Assembly (NCBI GenBank): GCA_964019335.1 | Contig: OZ025705.1 | Coordinates: 434,001-498,000 of the forward strand | DNA length: 64,000 bases | Direction: 5' to 3' | Source: Diplonema japonicum | Lineage: Eukaryota > Protista > Euglenozoa: Diplonemea | Shown here: positions 42,792 to 55,440 of the stretch, one piece after another | Position numbering within the stretch: position 1 is the stretch's first letter | Layout: the number at the start of each line of letters is the position of its first letter | The notes under the pieces: generated by a model | The model's database searches: none | What the model saw: the letters and a program-made list of their open reading frames with translations, nothing else | Told to the model about the DNA's origin: nothing | Made by a program: the position numbers and the translations under genes

Positions 42792-43809
42792 ACCCTGTAT
42801 AAAGGTGGCAATAGCATGAAGGTTTAACTGCTTGGAAAGAGAAAAAAAAATGAAGGAGACAAAAGAAAAAGTGAAAGAAAAAAGAGAAAAGGGGGTATTT
42901 TGAGATCAGAAATGCGGTACACGCACTTCCTTTTATAAAATAAAAAAGGAGATTGAAAAAAAAAAGGGGGAAGAGAAATAAAAAACCAGTAAAGAAAACA
43001 AGGGAGGAAGCAAACATGGGGGGGAGGGGGATTTTTAAAAAAAGGAATGATAATTTTCTTTCACGAAGTTTTTTTTTTTTTTTTCTTGATATTTTTTTGG
43101 GTTATTTTGCCTTGTCATTTTTTTTTATTTTATTATTTTTTTTTTTTTTTTTTTAAGGTTCACTTTTTTCTTCTAAAGAAATGCCCATCTATTTTTTTTT
43201 TTTTTTAAATCCTCAATTTTCTTTCACACACGCCAGAACCAACTGGTATGAGAACGAAGGGGGGGGCACAGTCAGCTATCAGCCGCGTATGCAGAATAAA
43301 AAAGAGGGTTTATGTAAAATTGGCCAAATATGAGAGCAAAAACGGAGTAGTAGGGGTAACGGGGAAATGGTTTAGGGGAACGAAAAAAAGGAAAAATGTT
43401 GACTAGCAAAAAATAACACACAGATTCGGGTTATTTGGTCTTCTTTTTTTTTCTCTTTTTTTTCTCTCATGTCTCTTCTGCTTTTTTTTTTTTTTTTTTT
43501 CTTTTTTTTTTTTTTTTAGATTTAAAATAAGACATCTTGTCTACATTTGTTCGCACCTTCACACCTCAGGTCAAAACAGATATTAAAAACGAATTTGAAC
43601 GAAAATATATCGAGAAGAAAAAAATGAAGAAAAAATGCTCAAAAATGAAAAAAAAAAATGTAAAAAGCGGAAGAAAAAAAAAAGAGAATAAATAAAAAAA
43701 AAACAAATATATGTAGAAAAGGGGTGGGGGGAGTTCGAAATGCTGGTGAGGAAAACAAGGGAAAGAAGGAACTCAACTAATAGTGTTGTACATGCGTGAC
43801 CCCTCCAGC

Positions 43810-46800
43810 TTATTCCTCTTCGCTGCTGGACCAGTGCTCACCGAGCTCCTTGGCCTTCTTCTTGGCGAGCTCACGCTGCTTCTTCTCCTTACGGGTAAGC
43901 TTCTTCTTCGCCTGCTTAACCTGTGGGGGGAAAAGGGTTCATTTTAATAATAATAATAATAATTATTTTTTTTTTCTTTAAAACATACCTTGGTAACGTT
44001 ACCAAGTGCGTCGACCATCTCCTCCATGGCAACGCTCTCTGTCTTCTCCTTCATGACGGCCTCCATCCAGTCAGCGTCACCCTGACAGTCGAGGCGGCCG
44101 ATACCGTCGTCACCCTTCTCGACCAACCAGGTCTCGGGGCAGAGGGCCTTCGAGAACTGGTCGTTATGGGTGATGATCACGACTCCTCCCTTGAACTGCT
44201 CGATGGCGCCGGCGAGGGCGGCGAGGGACTCCCTGTCCAAGTAGTTGGTGGGCTCGTCCAGGATGACGATGTGTGGCTGGTCCCACATCGCAGCTCCGAG
44301 CACAACCTTCACCTTCTGTCCACCGGAGAGCTGCGACATCTGGGTGTGGGTAGCGTGTTCCCTTTCCATCCCGACGTCCACGAGGAGCTTCTCGACGTTG
44401 GACTGGGTCAGAGGCCTCTTGAACCTGTTATGAAAAGAAAAAAAATAGTAATATTATACTTTTTTTTTTTTTAATATACCTCCCCTCCTCAGCAAGGATC
44501 TTCTCAGCAGTCTGCTTAACGTGCTTGCCCCAACCACCTTCCTCAAGCTTGTCCTCGTTGATGAAACCAGTAGGACCCTCACCGCTGCCCTTGGTGGCGA
44601 ACCTAACCTCGTACATGTACCCAGCCCTCTTCTGGTTCTTACGGACACCGGTAAGCTTCTCGATGACGTGCTTCTGCCTCTTCAGACCCTCGTCGTCGGT
44701 GAACTCCCAGGTCCTCACCTCCAAGAGCTTCTTCTCCTCCTCCTCGGTGAGGATCATGGTGACCTTCTCCAAGGCCTCCTTGTCGGTACCGTATTCGTAC
44801 CTCCAGAGGATGTACTCGGTGGGGGTCATCTTCAAGTGCTTCTCAATGTGATGGAAAGCGTGCTGGGCAACGTAGGCGACCTTCGCGTTGGGGTTCTTCC
44901 AGGTCGTACCCTTGTCCGGGTTCAGCTCTCCGGTCAACAGCTTGATCATGGTCGACTTACCGGCACCGTTGGGACCGAGACAGGCGACCCTGCTTCCCAT
45001 GGACACCCTCACGGTGAGGTTCACGACGGTGGGCTTCGGGTTCCCGGGGTAGGTGAAGTCAACCTTGTCCATCTTGATAAGCACCTTACCCCTCGAGCTC
45101 ACGCCCTCCAAGAAACCAGGGTCCGGGAACCTGAAGGAGAGACCCTTCGACGACTTCAGCTCGAAGTAGGACTTCGCCTCGGGGAACTCCTCCACGAAGG
45201 CCTTGATGCTCCCCTTGAAGTTGTGGAGACGGAGGTTGTCGATGTGGATGATCCTGCTGCAGCAGGTCTCCAGGAGGTGCGCGTTCTGCGACACGATCAT
45301 GCAGGTCACGTCCTTCAGCCCCCTGATGTAGTCCTCCACCCAGGCAACGTTCTTCACGTCCAAGTGGTTCGTGGGGTCGTCCATGAGCAGGATGTCGGCC
45401 TTCTGAAGCATCGCCCTTGCGAGGGCGAGCTTCATCCTCCACCCACCGGACAGCGAGGACACGGGGTCCATGATCCTGGCGGCCTTCCCGCCCTGCTCGC
45501 CGGTTCCTGCGAACCCGACCTTGTCGAGGGCCGAGATGACGGCGTCCTTCGAGATGTTCGCGGCCTTGATCCTGGAGTCCTCGAAGATGTACTCGAGGCA
45601 GGTCAAGTGGGACAGCTCTCCGAGGATGTCCGCCTCGACGAACACGGTCCTCACCTCTGTGCTGGGGGGGAAGCCCTCCACCTGGTCGTTTGCGATAGCC
45701 TTCAGGAGCGAGGTCTTCCCGCTGTCGTTTCCACCGAGAAGCCCGTACTTCGCACCCTTCAGGAGGCGAAGCTGCGTGTTCTTCAGAAGGATCTTGGTAC
45801 CGTAGGCAAGGGTGAAGCGGCAGTTGCAGAGCTCCGCCGCGTCCTCCTCCTCCTCGATCACGGTCCCGGTCATCGCGTTCTCGCACTGCTTGAACAGCAT
45901 CTCACCGAGGGTGTCCGCGTCCTTCTCCGTCTTGCACACGGACAGAAGGTTCTTCGCCCACACCTTCGGCTGCATCACCTTCATCTCGAAGTTCGAGGCG
46001 CAGAGGTCGGCCACGAAGGCGAGGAGCACGGGGTCCGACACCGTCACCCTCTTGTCCTTCTGCAAGACCTCCAGGAACTTCTTCGAGTCCATGGACTGCG
46101 ACTTCAAGAGGTCGACGTTCTTCTTCAACTTCTCAATCTGCAGCTGAACCTTCCCGCACACCTCACGGCACTCGGGGTCGGCAACGTGGATCGCCGCCTG
46201 CTCCAGGGCAGGGGTCAGCTTGGGGATCAGGGGCTCCGCCTCCGTCGCCACCTCCACAAGCTTCGACAAGTTGTCCGTGATCTTAGCCGACTGCCTCACG
46301 ATCTTCTTCTCACCCTCACGGAAACCACGGACCAACAAGGGGGTGATGATCGCGAGCTCGGGCCTCTCCACCGTCGCCACGAACTTCGTGCACGAGAGCT
46401 TGAAGATGGAGTCGGGAACGTTGTCCGGCTCCATCAGCGCCTCCACCAGAACGGGGATGAGCTCCTCGACGTCCTTGTTCTTCACCACGTCGGTGATCGC
46501 CTTCAGGGTCTGCTCCGCCTCCTCGCTCACCTGCACCTTGGTGTCGTGGAGAAGGTCGCACACGGCGGGCACGAGCTCGGGCATCGACACGGACACGGCC
46601 CCGGGGCAGTCCCTCGCGAACCTCCCGATCGACTCCAGACCAGCCACCTTCACCTGGAACTTCGTCGAGTCCAAGCAGTGCATCATCTCTGCCATGGTCG
46701 AGCAGGCCACAGCGGGGTTCGACGCCGCACGACCCACGAACTGCATCGCCGCGTCGTGAGCCGCCTTCGCCACCGTCTTCGCCTTGTCACCCACGAGCTG

Positions 46801-47079
46801 GAAGACCACGGGGAACAGCTTGATCACGTAGGCCTCCAGGTGGTTCTTCAGGTCCGCCGAGAGGGACCCGAAAGCGAGGCACGCCGCCTCCCTCTTCGCC
46901 TCAGCCTTCTTCCCGCCTCCGGTAGCGGTCTCGATGGCCTGGAAGAGACCAGCCTCCGCGAGGGCCGCTCCGTCCACCTCCCTCACCATCTCTGCGAGCT
47001 TCTGCGCCGCCTCCACGGAGGGCTTCGCCTCCAGCTCGGAGAACATCTTCACGGACTCAGTTGCAAGTTGGGGTGCCAT
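43810..47079 (-). CDS. Elongation factor 3 (eEF3/New1-type ABCF), copy 1, ~1048 aa, 3 exons
   Basis: HEAT repeats, ELCNCRFTLAYG, LSGGWRMKLALARAML, GPNGAGKST, AYVAQHAFHHI, chromodomain-like insert, LSGGQKVKVVL, LDEPTNYLDRESL, DALGN and a Lys-rich tail. Introns 44425-44479 and 43921-43988; stop TAA at 43810. Confidence 0.94.
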
Positions 47080-47170
47080 TTTTTTTATATAAAAAAAAAG
47101 AAGCGAGTGATAAAAGGGGTTTTTTTTTTGTGTGTTCTTTTGATATTTGAACAGAAGTATCCTTTGATGG

Positions 47171-47191
47171 TGTTGTTGTTGTTGTTGTTGC

Positions 47192-47256
<65 letters not shown>
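47171..47256. repeat. (TTG/CAA)n microsatellite upstream of eEF3 copy 1
   Basis: Trinucleotide run with one CTG interruption; 21 nt shorter than the copy at about 61397-61503. Confidence 0.95.
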
Positions 47257-47257
<1 letters not shown>

Positions 47258-48054
47258 GTGTGTTTGACTTAAGAAAAAATAAAAAAGAAGAAGAAAAAGA
47301 AAACCAGGGGAAATAATAATAATTATTATAAGCCATAAACAATAAGAACAAAGAAACGATAAAAGGAAGAGAAGGAAAAAAAAAGGGGGGGTGCTCTCTT
47401 TTTTTTTGATTTTTATTATTATTGTTGTTAAAAATTTAAGAAGATGGATCAATAATAACCAAAAAGAAATGTGAAACTAAACTATACTTTCTGTCTTTTT
47501 TTATTTATTTATTTATTTTTTAAAAAAAAAGGCGATGTTTAAGGGCAAATCCCACTCGAGGACCACCCTTGAAAAAAAAAACAAGCCAAGCCAAGCCAAG
47601 GTAAGGTAAGAAGGAAAGGGTTTTTTTAGAAGATGAAGAGGGGTTACTTACTTGCCTCTGTTTTAAGAAAAATAAAATAAAATAAGAGGGGGAAAAGGAA
47701 GGGAGGACAGAAAGGAGGGGGGGGAAAAGAAGAAGAATAATAAAAATATAAAAATAAAAATAAAAAACGTGCGTTTGTTCCCCTAAGCCCGAGACAAATC
47801 ACTTTATTAAGGAAATACGAATCTATAAAAAAAAGGGGGGGGGGAAAGAGAAAAAAAAAGAATACTGACAAACTCCCGGATGCGAAAAAAGACCTGGGCA
47901 TTTACAGTATTCGATTTAAATTTTTCAGTGTGCAAAGATGCTCACTCTTTAAATTAAAAAGAAAAAGAAAAAAAGAAAAGAAAAAAAAACCATGTAGCAT
48001 CTTTAAAATAAAAAAAAAACCCCTTAATCTTACTCAATATAATTATATTTTACT

Positions 48055-48057
<3 letters not shown>

Positions 48058-48085
<28 letters not shown>
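48058..48085. repeat. (CT/AG)n microsatellite immediately 3' of the HSP90 stop
   Basis: tctctctc run directly beside the stop codon; repeated at about 62305-62332. Confidence 0.9.
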
Positions 48086-48087
<2 letters not shown>

Positions 48088-48089
<2 letters not shown>

Positions 48090-50208
48090 AGTCAACCTCC
48101 TCCATCTTAGACTCACCCTCATCCTCAGCAGCAGTGGTGTCAGCCTCAACAGGAACATCTTCTTCATCATCATCATCGATTGACAGCCCCAGCTTGATCA
48201 TACGGTGGATCCTTTCAGCGTAACCAGCAGGGTCCTCCAGAGAGAAACCGGAGGTGAGGAGCGAGGTCTCGAAGAGGAGGAGCACCAGGTCCTTCACAGT
48301 CTTGTCGTTGGCGTCGGAGTCAGCCTTCGACTTCAAGGTTTTCACGATCGGGTGCGCCGGGTTCACCTCCATGGTCTTCTTGCTCACCATGTAGCCGCTG
48401 CTGGAGGAGTCCCTCAGAGCCTGCATCTTCATGATCTGTTCCATGTGGGCGCTCCACCCGAACTCCGAGGTGACGAGGATGCAAGGGGCCTGCGCGAGAC
48501 GGTCCGACAGCATCACCTTCTCCACCTTGTCTCCCAGGATGTCCTTCATGGTCTTGCAGAGGGTCTCGAAGGCAGCCTTCTCCTCCTCCTTCTGCTTCTT
48601 CTCCTCCTCCGTCTCCTCGAACTTCAACCCTTCCTTCGTCACGCACCTGAACTTCTTGTCCTCGTACTCCTTCAGCTGCTGCATCGCGTACTCGTCGATC
48701 GGGTCCGTCATCAGAAGCACCTCCAAACCCCTCTTCTTGCACTGCTCGATGAACGGAGAGTTCTCGATCTTGGCCTTGCTCTCCCCGGTGATGTAGTAGA
48801 TCTCCTTCTGCTCCTCCTTCATCCTCGTCACGTAGTCCTTCAGAGAGGTCGTCTCCTCCCCGCTCTTCGTCGAGAAGTACCTCATGAACTCAGCGAGCTT
48901 CTTCCTGTTCTGCGAGTCCTCGTGGATCCCGAGCTTCAGGTTCTTCCCGAAGTGCTCGTGAAGCTTCGCGAAGTCCTCCTTGTTCTCGCTGATCTCCTCC
49001 ACCATCTCAAGGGTCTTCTTCACGATGTTCTTCTTGATCACCTTCAGGATCTTGTTCTGCTGCAGGTTCTCACGCGAGATGTTCAGGGGAAGGTCCTCGC
49101 TGTCCACGATCCCCTTGATGAAGGAGAGCCACTCGGGGATGAGGTCCTCGCAGCTGTCCATGATGAACACCCTCCTCACGTAGAGCTTGATGTTGGTCTT
49201 CTTCTTGTTCGGCTCGAACATGTCGAAGGGAGCCCTCCTCGGGATGAAGAGGATCGCCCTGAACTCCAGCTGTCCCTCCACCGCGAAGTGCTTCACCGCG
49301 AGGTGCTCCTCCCAGTCGTTCGAGATCGCCTTGTAGAAGCTCCCGTACTCCTCCTTCGTGATCTCCTTCGGGTCCCTCGTCCAGAGGGGCTTGTTCTTGT
49401 TCAGCTTCTCCATCTCCTTCGTCACCTCCTTCACCTTCTTCGTCTTCTTCTTCTTCTCCTCTCCCTCCTTCACCTCCTCCACCTTCGGTTCGTCCTCTCC
49501 TTCCTTCTTCTCCTCCTCCTTCTTCTTCTCCTCCTCCTCGTCCTCGTCCTCGTCATCCGTCACCTCCTTCTCGTTCGTCTTCTCCACCTCCAGCTCGATG
49601 TCGTAGCCGATGAACTCAGAGTGCTTCTTCACAAGGTCCTTGATCCTCCTCTCCTCCAAGAACTCCAGCTGGTCGTCCTTCAAATGGCAGATGATCTTGG
49701 TTCCCCTCTTCAGCTCCGCATCCTCGCACTTCGTCACCGTGAAGGTCCCCCCCGCAGCGGATTCCCACTGGTGGCACTCGTCGTCGTTGTGCTTCGAGAT
49801 CACCGTCACCTTGTCCGACACCAGGTACGCGCTGTAGAAACCCACACCGAACTGCCCGATCATCGACATGTCCGCCCCGGCCTCCAGAGCCTCCATGAAC
49901 CCCTTCGTTCCGGACCTCGCGATCGTCCCCAGGTTGTTCACCAGGTCAGCCTTCGTCATCCCCACACCCGTGTCCGTCAGCGTGATCGTCTTCGCCGCCT
50001 TGTCCGTGTGGATCTGGATCAGCATCCTCTCCTCCTCCTTCAGCGCTTCCTTGTCCAGCAGCGACATGTGGCGCATCTTGTCCAGAGCGTCAGACGAGTT
50101 CGAGATGAGCTCTCGCAAGAAGATCTCCTTGTTCGAGTAGAACGTGTTGATGATCAAGCTCATCAACTGGTTGATCTCAGCCTGGAATGCAAAGGTCTCT
50201 TCCGCCAT
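48088..50208 (-). CDS. HSP90: Cytosolic heat shock protein 90, 706 aa
   Basis: [51 protein letters not shown]-terminal MEEVD. Confidence 0.99.
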
Positions 50209-50362
50209 TTTTATCTTCTTTTTTTTTGTCTTCTTGATGTCCTGTGGTGGGTGATTGTGAAAGTGTTCATATGGAATGCGAGGAGAGAGGGGAAAAAATA
50301 GAATTTAAAAAAAAAAAAAGAAAAAAAAGAAAAGATGAAGGGGAGGAGTGGGAATTGTTTAA

Positions 50363-50615
50363 CCCTTAAACCGGACGGAGCACCGATACTTCATCAGCTT
50401 TTTTTTTTTTTTTTTTTTTTTTTGAAAACAAAAAAAAAAGAAAAAAAAAAAGAAAAAAAAAACATGTCTTGTATTGTCCTTGGAAAAAAAAAAAGACATG
50501 TTGTCGAGAATTCGAAATTCCTAACACATAACAAAATTGACCATTTAGATGTTTTGAGGATGCTATGGATTATTCTCTCGTGTTGATGAAATTGCCTTTT
50601 CCGTCCTTCAAAGGG
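50363..50615. mobile_element. piggyBac-like MITE (253 bp) with TTAA target-site duplication
   Basis: TTAA(50359-62)|CCCTTAAACCGGACGG ... CCGTCCTTCAAAGGG|TTAA(50616-19); imperfect terminal inverted repeats, AT-rich non-coding interior. Confidence 0.65.
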
Positions 50616-50976
50616 TTAAAACAAGAAGAAAAAAGAGAATAAAAAGAAAAAGGGAGGGGGGGAATAGGGTGCTCACCAAGATAGCGTGCCTTGGAAAGAG
50701 AATTGAATAAAAAAAAAATATAAAAAAAAAAACAAATGAGATGGAAGGTGGAGAACGAGCGACACGGAAACAGAGGTCGGTATGGCGGTCTTTTTTTTTT
50801 TTTCTTGACAGAAGTGATTCCTTTTTCTCTTCGTTTCTTCATTCTGTCAACAATCTACATGTATGACCAGCATCCTTAACAAGCTAAGCTTCCTGAGGGC
50901 TCCACAGCATCAAATAAGGTGCAGCTTTTATTTATTCTTTTGTTTCCACCCCCATTCCTTTTAAATTGTATAACCC

Positions 50977-53900
50977 CTACTCTCCCACCCGTACTGTGGG
51001 GAGGTGGTCTTCTTCAATAGTCGGCATCAGATGGAAAGAGACTTGGGGGCGTAGGTTCCCATGACTCATCTGCCCCATGGAAGGGGCGTTCGGTGACTTC
51101 GCTAAAGATCTTCTCCTGAAACTGCGAGGGGAGAAGGTTGTTGCAGGTGTGCTGGGGGGGCCTTGCAGTGTAATTTGGTTGGCGAGCGGTGTCGCAGGGA
51201 GTGTTCTTGACATCCGTCGCGTCTCGTACAGACCAGCCACGTCAGCTTCATCGTGCTTTTTCGTAGCTTCGCTGTCCACAAAGTGTGCCCTCAGCTTCTT
51301 CAGGAGCTGAGCTGGCGTTATTTTCTCCCTGTCGTGGAGAGGTGTCGGAACGATGAATGATCTTCTCGCAGCAAGCAACGCAGACTTGTTAAAGAACGTT
51401 GAGATACCCATCACCGATGCTGTTGCACCCAAAGCAGGGCGGCGTGCCTCCTTCTCTTTCCATGTCATCTCTGTCGCCCATGCCTGTTAAATAGGTTTGC
51501 CGCTCCGTAAAAAAAAAAAAAAAACATACCTCGCGAGTAACAACGCGAAGGGTGGTCCCCCAGTTGTTCTTCTCAGCTGCTCTATTCGCGAAGGTCCATG
51601 TTTGCTGTTTGTGCGGACTGGAAAGGAGATCGAACCTGTGGATGAATACGGTCACAAGTGTCACATACTTGTTGGTGGCGGCAGCAATGAAGTAACCATG
51701 GTACCTGAGTACAAAGTCTTCGGGGGTGCCTATCATCCACCCACGTCGCCCATTCCGTATCATGGAAAACAGGTATATTTGAGCATTCCGCCTGTCTTCG
51801 TTCCCCTGTCGTGCCCGCCGGCCTGCAACTGTCGTGCTTGTCGAACCTGTGTCGATCGTGTCGCAGGAGTGATTAGGATCAGCATCCGTGTGATCAGACG
51901 CAGGGCCCCACCAGTAGGGTAGCCCATCCCGCTCTCCGCGCATCAGTTTGAGATGCTTGTTGGTGCCGTTCGCGAACCCCGTTAGTATGTACTCCACAGG
52001 CAACGGCTTGAATCGCCAGTCGCGGATAAATCTCATGAGCTCCTCTTGGTTGCGCAGGAAGTCGGTCCATGTAAGTGGCTCTGAAGGGTGAGTCACACCC
52101 AGCATCGCCCGGAACTCGCTTGCAATGGTCACCACCGTGTCGCCTTCCACGCCTTCGAGTTGGCGCAGCTTCCTTCTCAGGCTCTTCTTATCTCTCAGAA
52201 CAGTCTCCAATATTTCACAGGTCAGAGAGCCATTTTTTTGCAAGTCCAGCACGTTGAAGAATTCGTACAAGGGCTCCAGCTCGGGAGCACAGTCGAACAA
52301 CCTTGACGAGCTTGCAGTAGGGATGATTCCAAGGTTTGGGGTTGGAGGGGTTCGAAGTTCAGAGGACATCCTGCGCAGGCTGACGACGTCCAAGGGATCA
52401 TCTTCGGCATACTCTGCCAGCAGAAGCAACAATTTGACGAGCGGGTCAAGCTTTTTATCCAAGCTGACAAGGGTTGCCACACCCTGCTGCTCATCGATTG
52501 CGTGGACAGGAAACTCCTCATTGTCGGCTTCGATCAGCTTGTAGCCGCAGACGGCCTTTGCCACGCTCTTACAATAGATCGTATCGCGATTTGTTACACC
52601 GTTTGCAAATTTCTTTCGCAACCCAACCACCCACGTCATGATGCCCAGAAGGGCAGCCACAACAGACCATGAGAGTGCAACCTGAAAACCACGCTTGAGT
52701 CCGTGATTGCTTGCAACAATGCCCGTGACGAAGGGACCGGCAAAATACCCAAACAAGTTGAACATCAACCCAGCAAAGCTGCTCGTGATACCCCTGTGCT
52801 CGATGGCCACGGAGCCTACCACAATCCCCGTCATGCCCGGTAGCACCATGCCTCCGAAGAACAGCGTGAACCAAATAACAATGATGAAAGGCCAGAAGCT
52901 CGTCATCATGAGTGATAGAATAGCGGCAGTAGCAGCACCAACACCTGCTACAGCGGAGAAGAAGGCTGCCTTGTTCGGATGTTCAGCATAGCCGCCCACC
53001 CACCTAGGACTGTCGAGGATATAGCCCCCAAGCAGCACACCCGCAATAGGACCGGTGATGGCCGTAACACCAAACGCCAGTACTATGGTGCTGTAACGGT
53101 CCTCCCTTGTTTCTCCCGGGATGGATACAGGGAGGGGCTCTGTGGTGAGGTAGTCCGTGATCCACAGCTGCATTGAAGTCACCACGAAGTAGAGTGAAGT
53201 GATTGCAAGAACAGCACACCACACAACTGGGTTTGACAACACCTCGTTAAGCGCACTCTGTTCTTCCTTCTCTTCATCGCTACTGCTCTCCTTGTTTTCC
53301 TTGTTGTCCTCCTCAGTGGGGCCAGTGGGCACGTTCATCATGTACGGCGGGATAAAAAACTGCAACACTACCAACGGTGCTAATGCCACACATTGAATGT
53401 AGAAGCTCCAACCCCACTCAAGACTACTGCTCGAAGCGAGCGTGCCTGCACAGATGTAACCTCCCACGATGCCCAAGGGCACCGCTGCTTGGATGAGAGA
53501 CATCCACAGCGAAGCATATTGTGGGATTGCGAACTCGTCGACCCATACAGGAGCATAGACAAGAAGCGTTGCTTGCGTGATGCCAACAAGGAACCGTGTC
53601 ATAAACAGCATCGCTCTGTTGATGGAGACAGCAAACAAGGCCGCGAACACAGCATTCAGCAGCAAACTGAGCTGCACAAGTTTCTGAGGCTTCATATATC
53701 TGAACCCGATCCCCGTCAGGACAGCACCCAGGGACAAACCTAAGTACACGATACTCGACAGGAACCCCTGAAGGTTCTTGTTCATGTATAATTCGTCAAA
53801 GTTTGGATCATGCAGCAAGCTCTGTTTAAGGTCTTCCATCTCCGTGAATGCACACGTGTAGCTGCCGTTGATGACGGCATCGACGTACGAGCCGAGGGAA

Positions 53901-54646
53901 CGGGCACAGCCCCATGTGACATTGCCAGTGCAGTTTGCAGAATCTGTCAGCTGGTTGCACATAAGGTCGTAAGAGGTGGTGTTGAATAGCATGAATGTGG
54001 TAACGTCTGGGTGGGTCTGTGTAGGGGGGTATGTGGATCCATCGCTTTCTGGAGGAGGGCACTCCCAACTCTCAGCATTGGGTGCATCTGGCGTACATAC
54101 GACCCTATTACCCTGTGGCTTCATCCCATAGATGGATGCTAGAGCGCCACTGTCAAAGTTGGCAACTAGCTGAGTGACTACCATGAGGCTGAAGATGGTG
54201 ATGCGCAGCTTGTCGGTGATGACATCTTTGCGTCCCTCTTCTTCATCTTTCTCTTCAAGCATGCCGAACCCGTCGTCCCCGGACGGAGTGGATAGTTGTG
54301 ATGCTGCAGAAGAGCTGGCGTCTGACCGCTCGTCGGGACTTGGGTCCATAGGTCTGTAGCCCTTTTCAGGCGGTTCGAAGGGCTCCGCAGTCCTTTCTCT
54401 GTAACTGCCTCGTGTTCCGAAGGGGGCATTGCTGGATCCCATCCTTGTCCCTAGCCTCCCCGACCGTTTCGAGCCATAGGGGATACCTTCGTCACTAGCG
54501 CTGCTACTCTCGCTTTCAACCCTTTTCGGAGACGATGCATTGGACAGCACTATGCTCTCCCTTCTTGTGTTCCTCCTCTGCAGCGCTGCTGGGTCCATTG
54601 GGGGGACTCCTTTTTTGTTCATTTTCCTTTGGGTGTCGCTTTCCAT
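50977..54646 (-). CDS. Spinster-like MFS transporter with long EF-hand-like C-terminal extension (~1196 aa), 3 exons
   Basis: NFDSGALA, QGFLSSIVYLG, RFLVGITQA..VYAPVWVDEFA, PLGIVGGY, NLFGYFAGP. Introns 51636-51668 and 51484-51529 join the 50977-51468 ORF (..VTRE|AWATEMTWKEK). Confidence 0.88.
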
Positions 54647-55440
54647 CTCGTTCCCCCTGAATGGTGGTGGAAAGGATCATGAGACAAAACATTAAAGAAA
54701 AAGCAAATCAGGAAGAGAAAAAAGAAAACAGAAAGGAAGTAAACAGTAAACAAGACAAAGCGTGTATGCTGATGGCAGCAGCACATGCAACGGGCCCATG
54801 CAAGGCCCTTGGCAACCAATCACTTCATCAAAGTAAACAGGTATCACACCCTATACACAATGCAGCAGGAAGGGAGGGTTCTGCTGGTACCGCAATGTAA
54901 GGACGCCTTCGCGCATTGAAATGGAATGACACTTATCTGGATGGTTTTTTTTTTTTTTTTTTTTTTTTTAAATTCGTGGCAAACATTGGCCAATTTTTTT
55001 TCTTGGGAATTTTCCCTTTAAAAAAAAAAAAAAAAAGAATCTGAAAGTTTTGCTACCCCCCTCCCCTCCCCTAAACAATGTCAAGCCCTCAAAAATAAAC
55101 GGGTTTGACTTACCATAATTTATTCTTTCAATTCGCCAATGTGACAACCTGATTAACAGAGTGCAAACAACTAAGGGAAGGGTTGGGGGGTAAGGATAGA
55201 AACGGAAGTTAGGTGTACAGTAAAATTATTCGTACTTTTTTCGTTTTTTTTTCTTTTTTTTTTTCTTTTTTTTTTTTTCAATATTCGTAAGTTGATATCA
55301 GTCAAGAAGAAGACGGCAAGCCGCGCAGGGGATGAGAGCTTGGCACTCGTGCCATCGCCTCTGCGATCAGTGTCCTATGTCTCGCTTTGCATAGCATCGC
55401 AAGTGTGGCGGACACATCATGGCCTTCGCCGAATTCCTGC

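Larger units (their letters stand above)
43811..49753. repeat. Segmental duplication, copy 1 (eEF3 + spacer + HSP90)
   Basis: Near-identical to 58037-64000; offset 14226 before and 14247 after the (TTG)n tract. Confidence 0.95.

Noticed and set aside
44521-47316. 931-aa plus-strand ORF (and the 938-aa copy at 58747-61563)
   Set aside because: Antisense shadow of eEF3: extreme GC3 bias removes antisense stops, and the poly-Leu comes from the microsatellite.
48205-50301. 698-aa plus-strand ORF opposite HSP90
   Set aside because: Antisense open frame of a codon-biased gene; no domain motifs.
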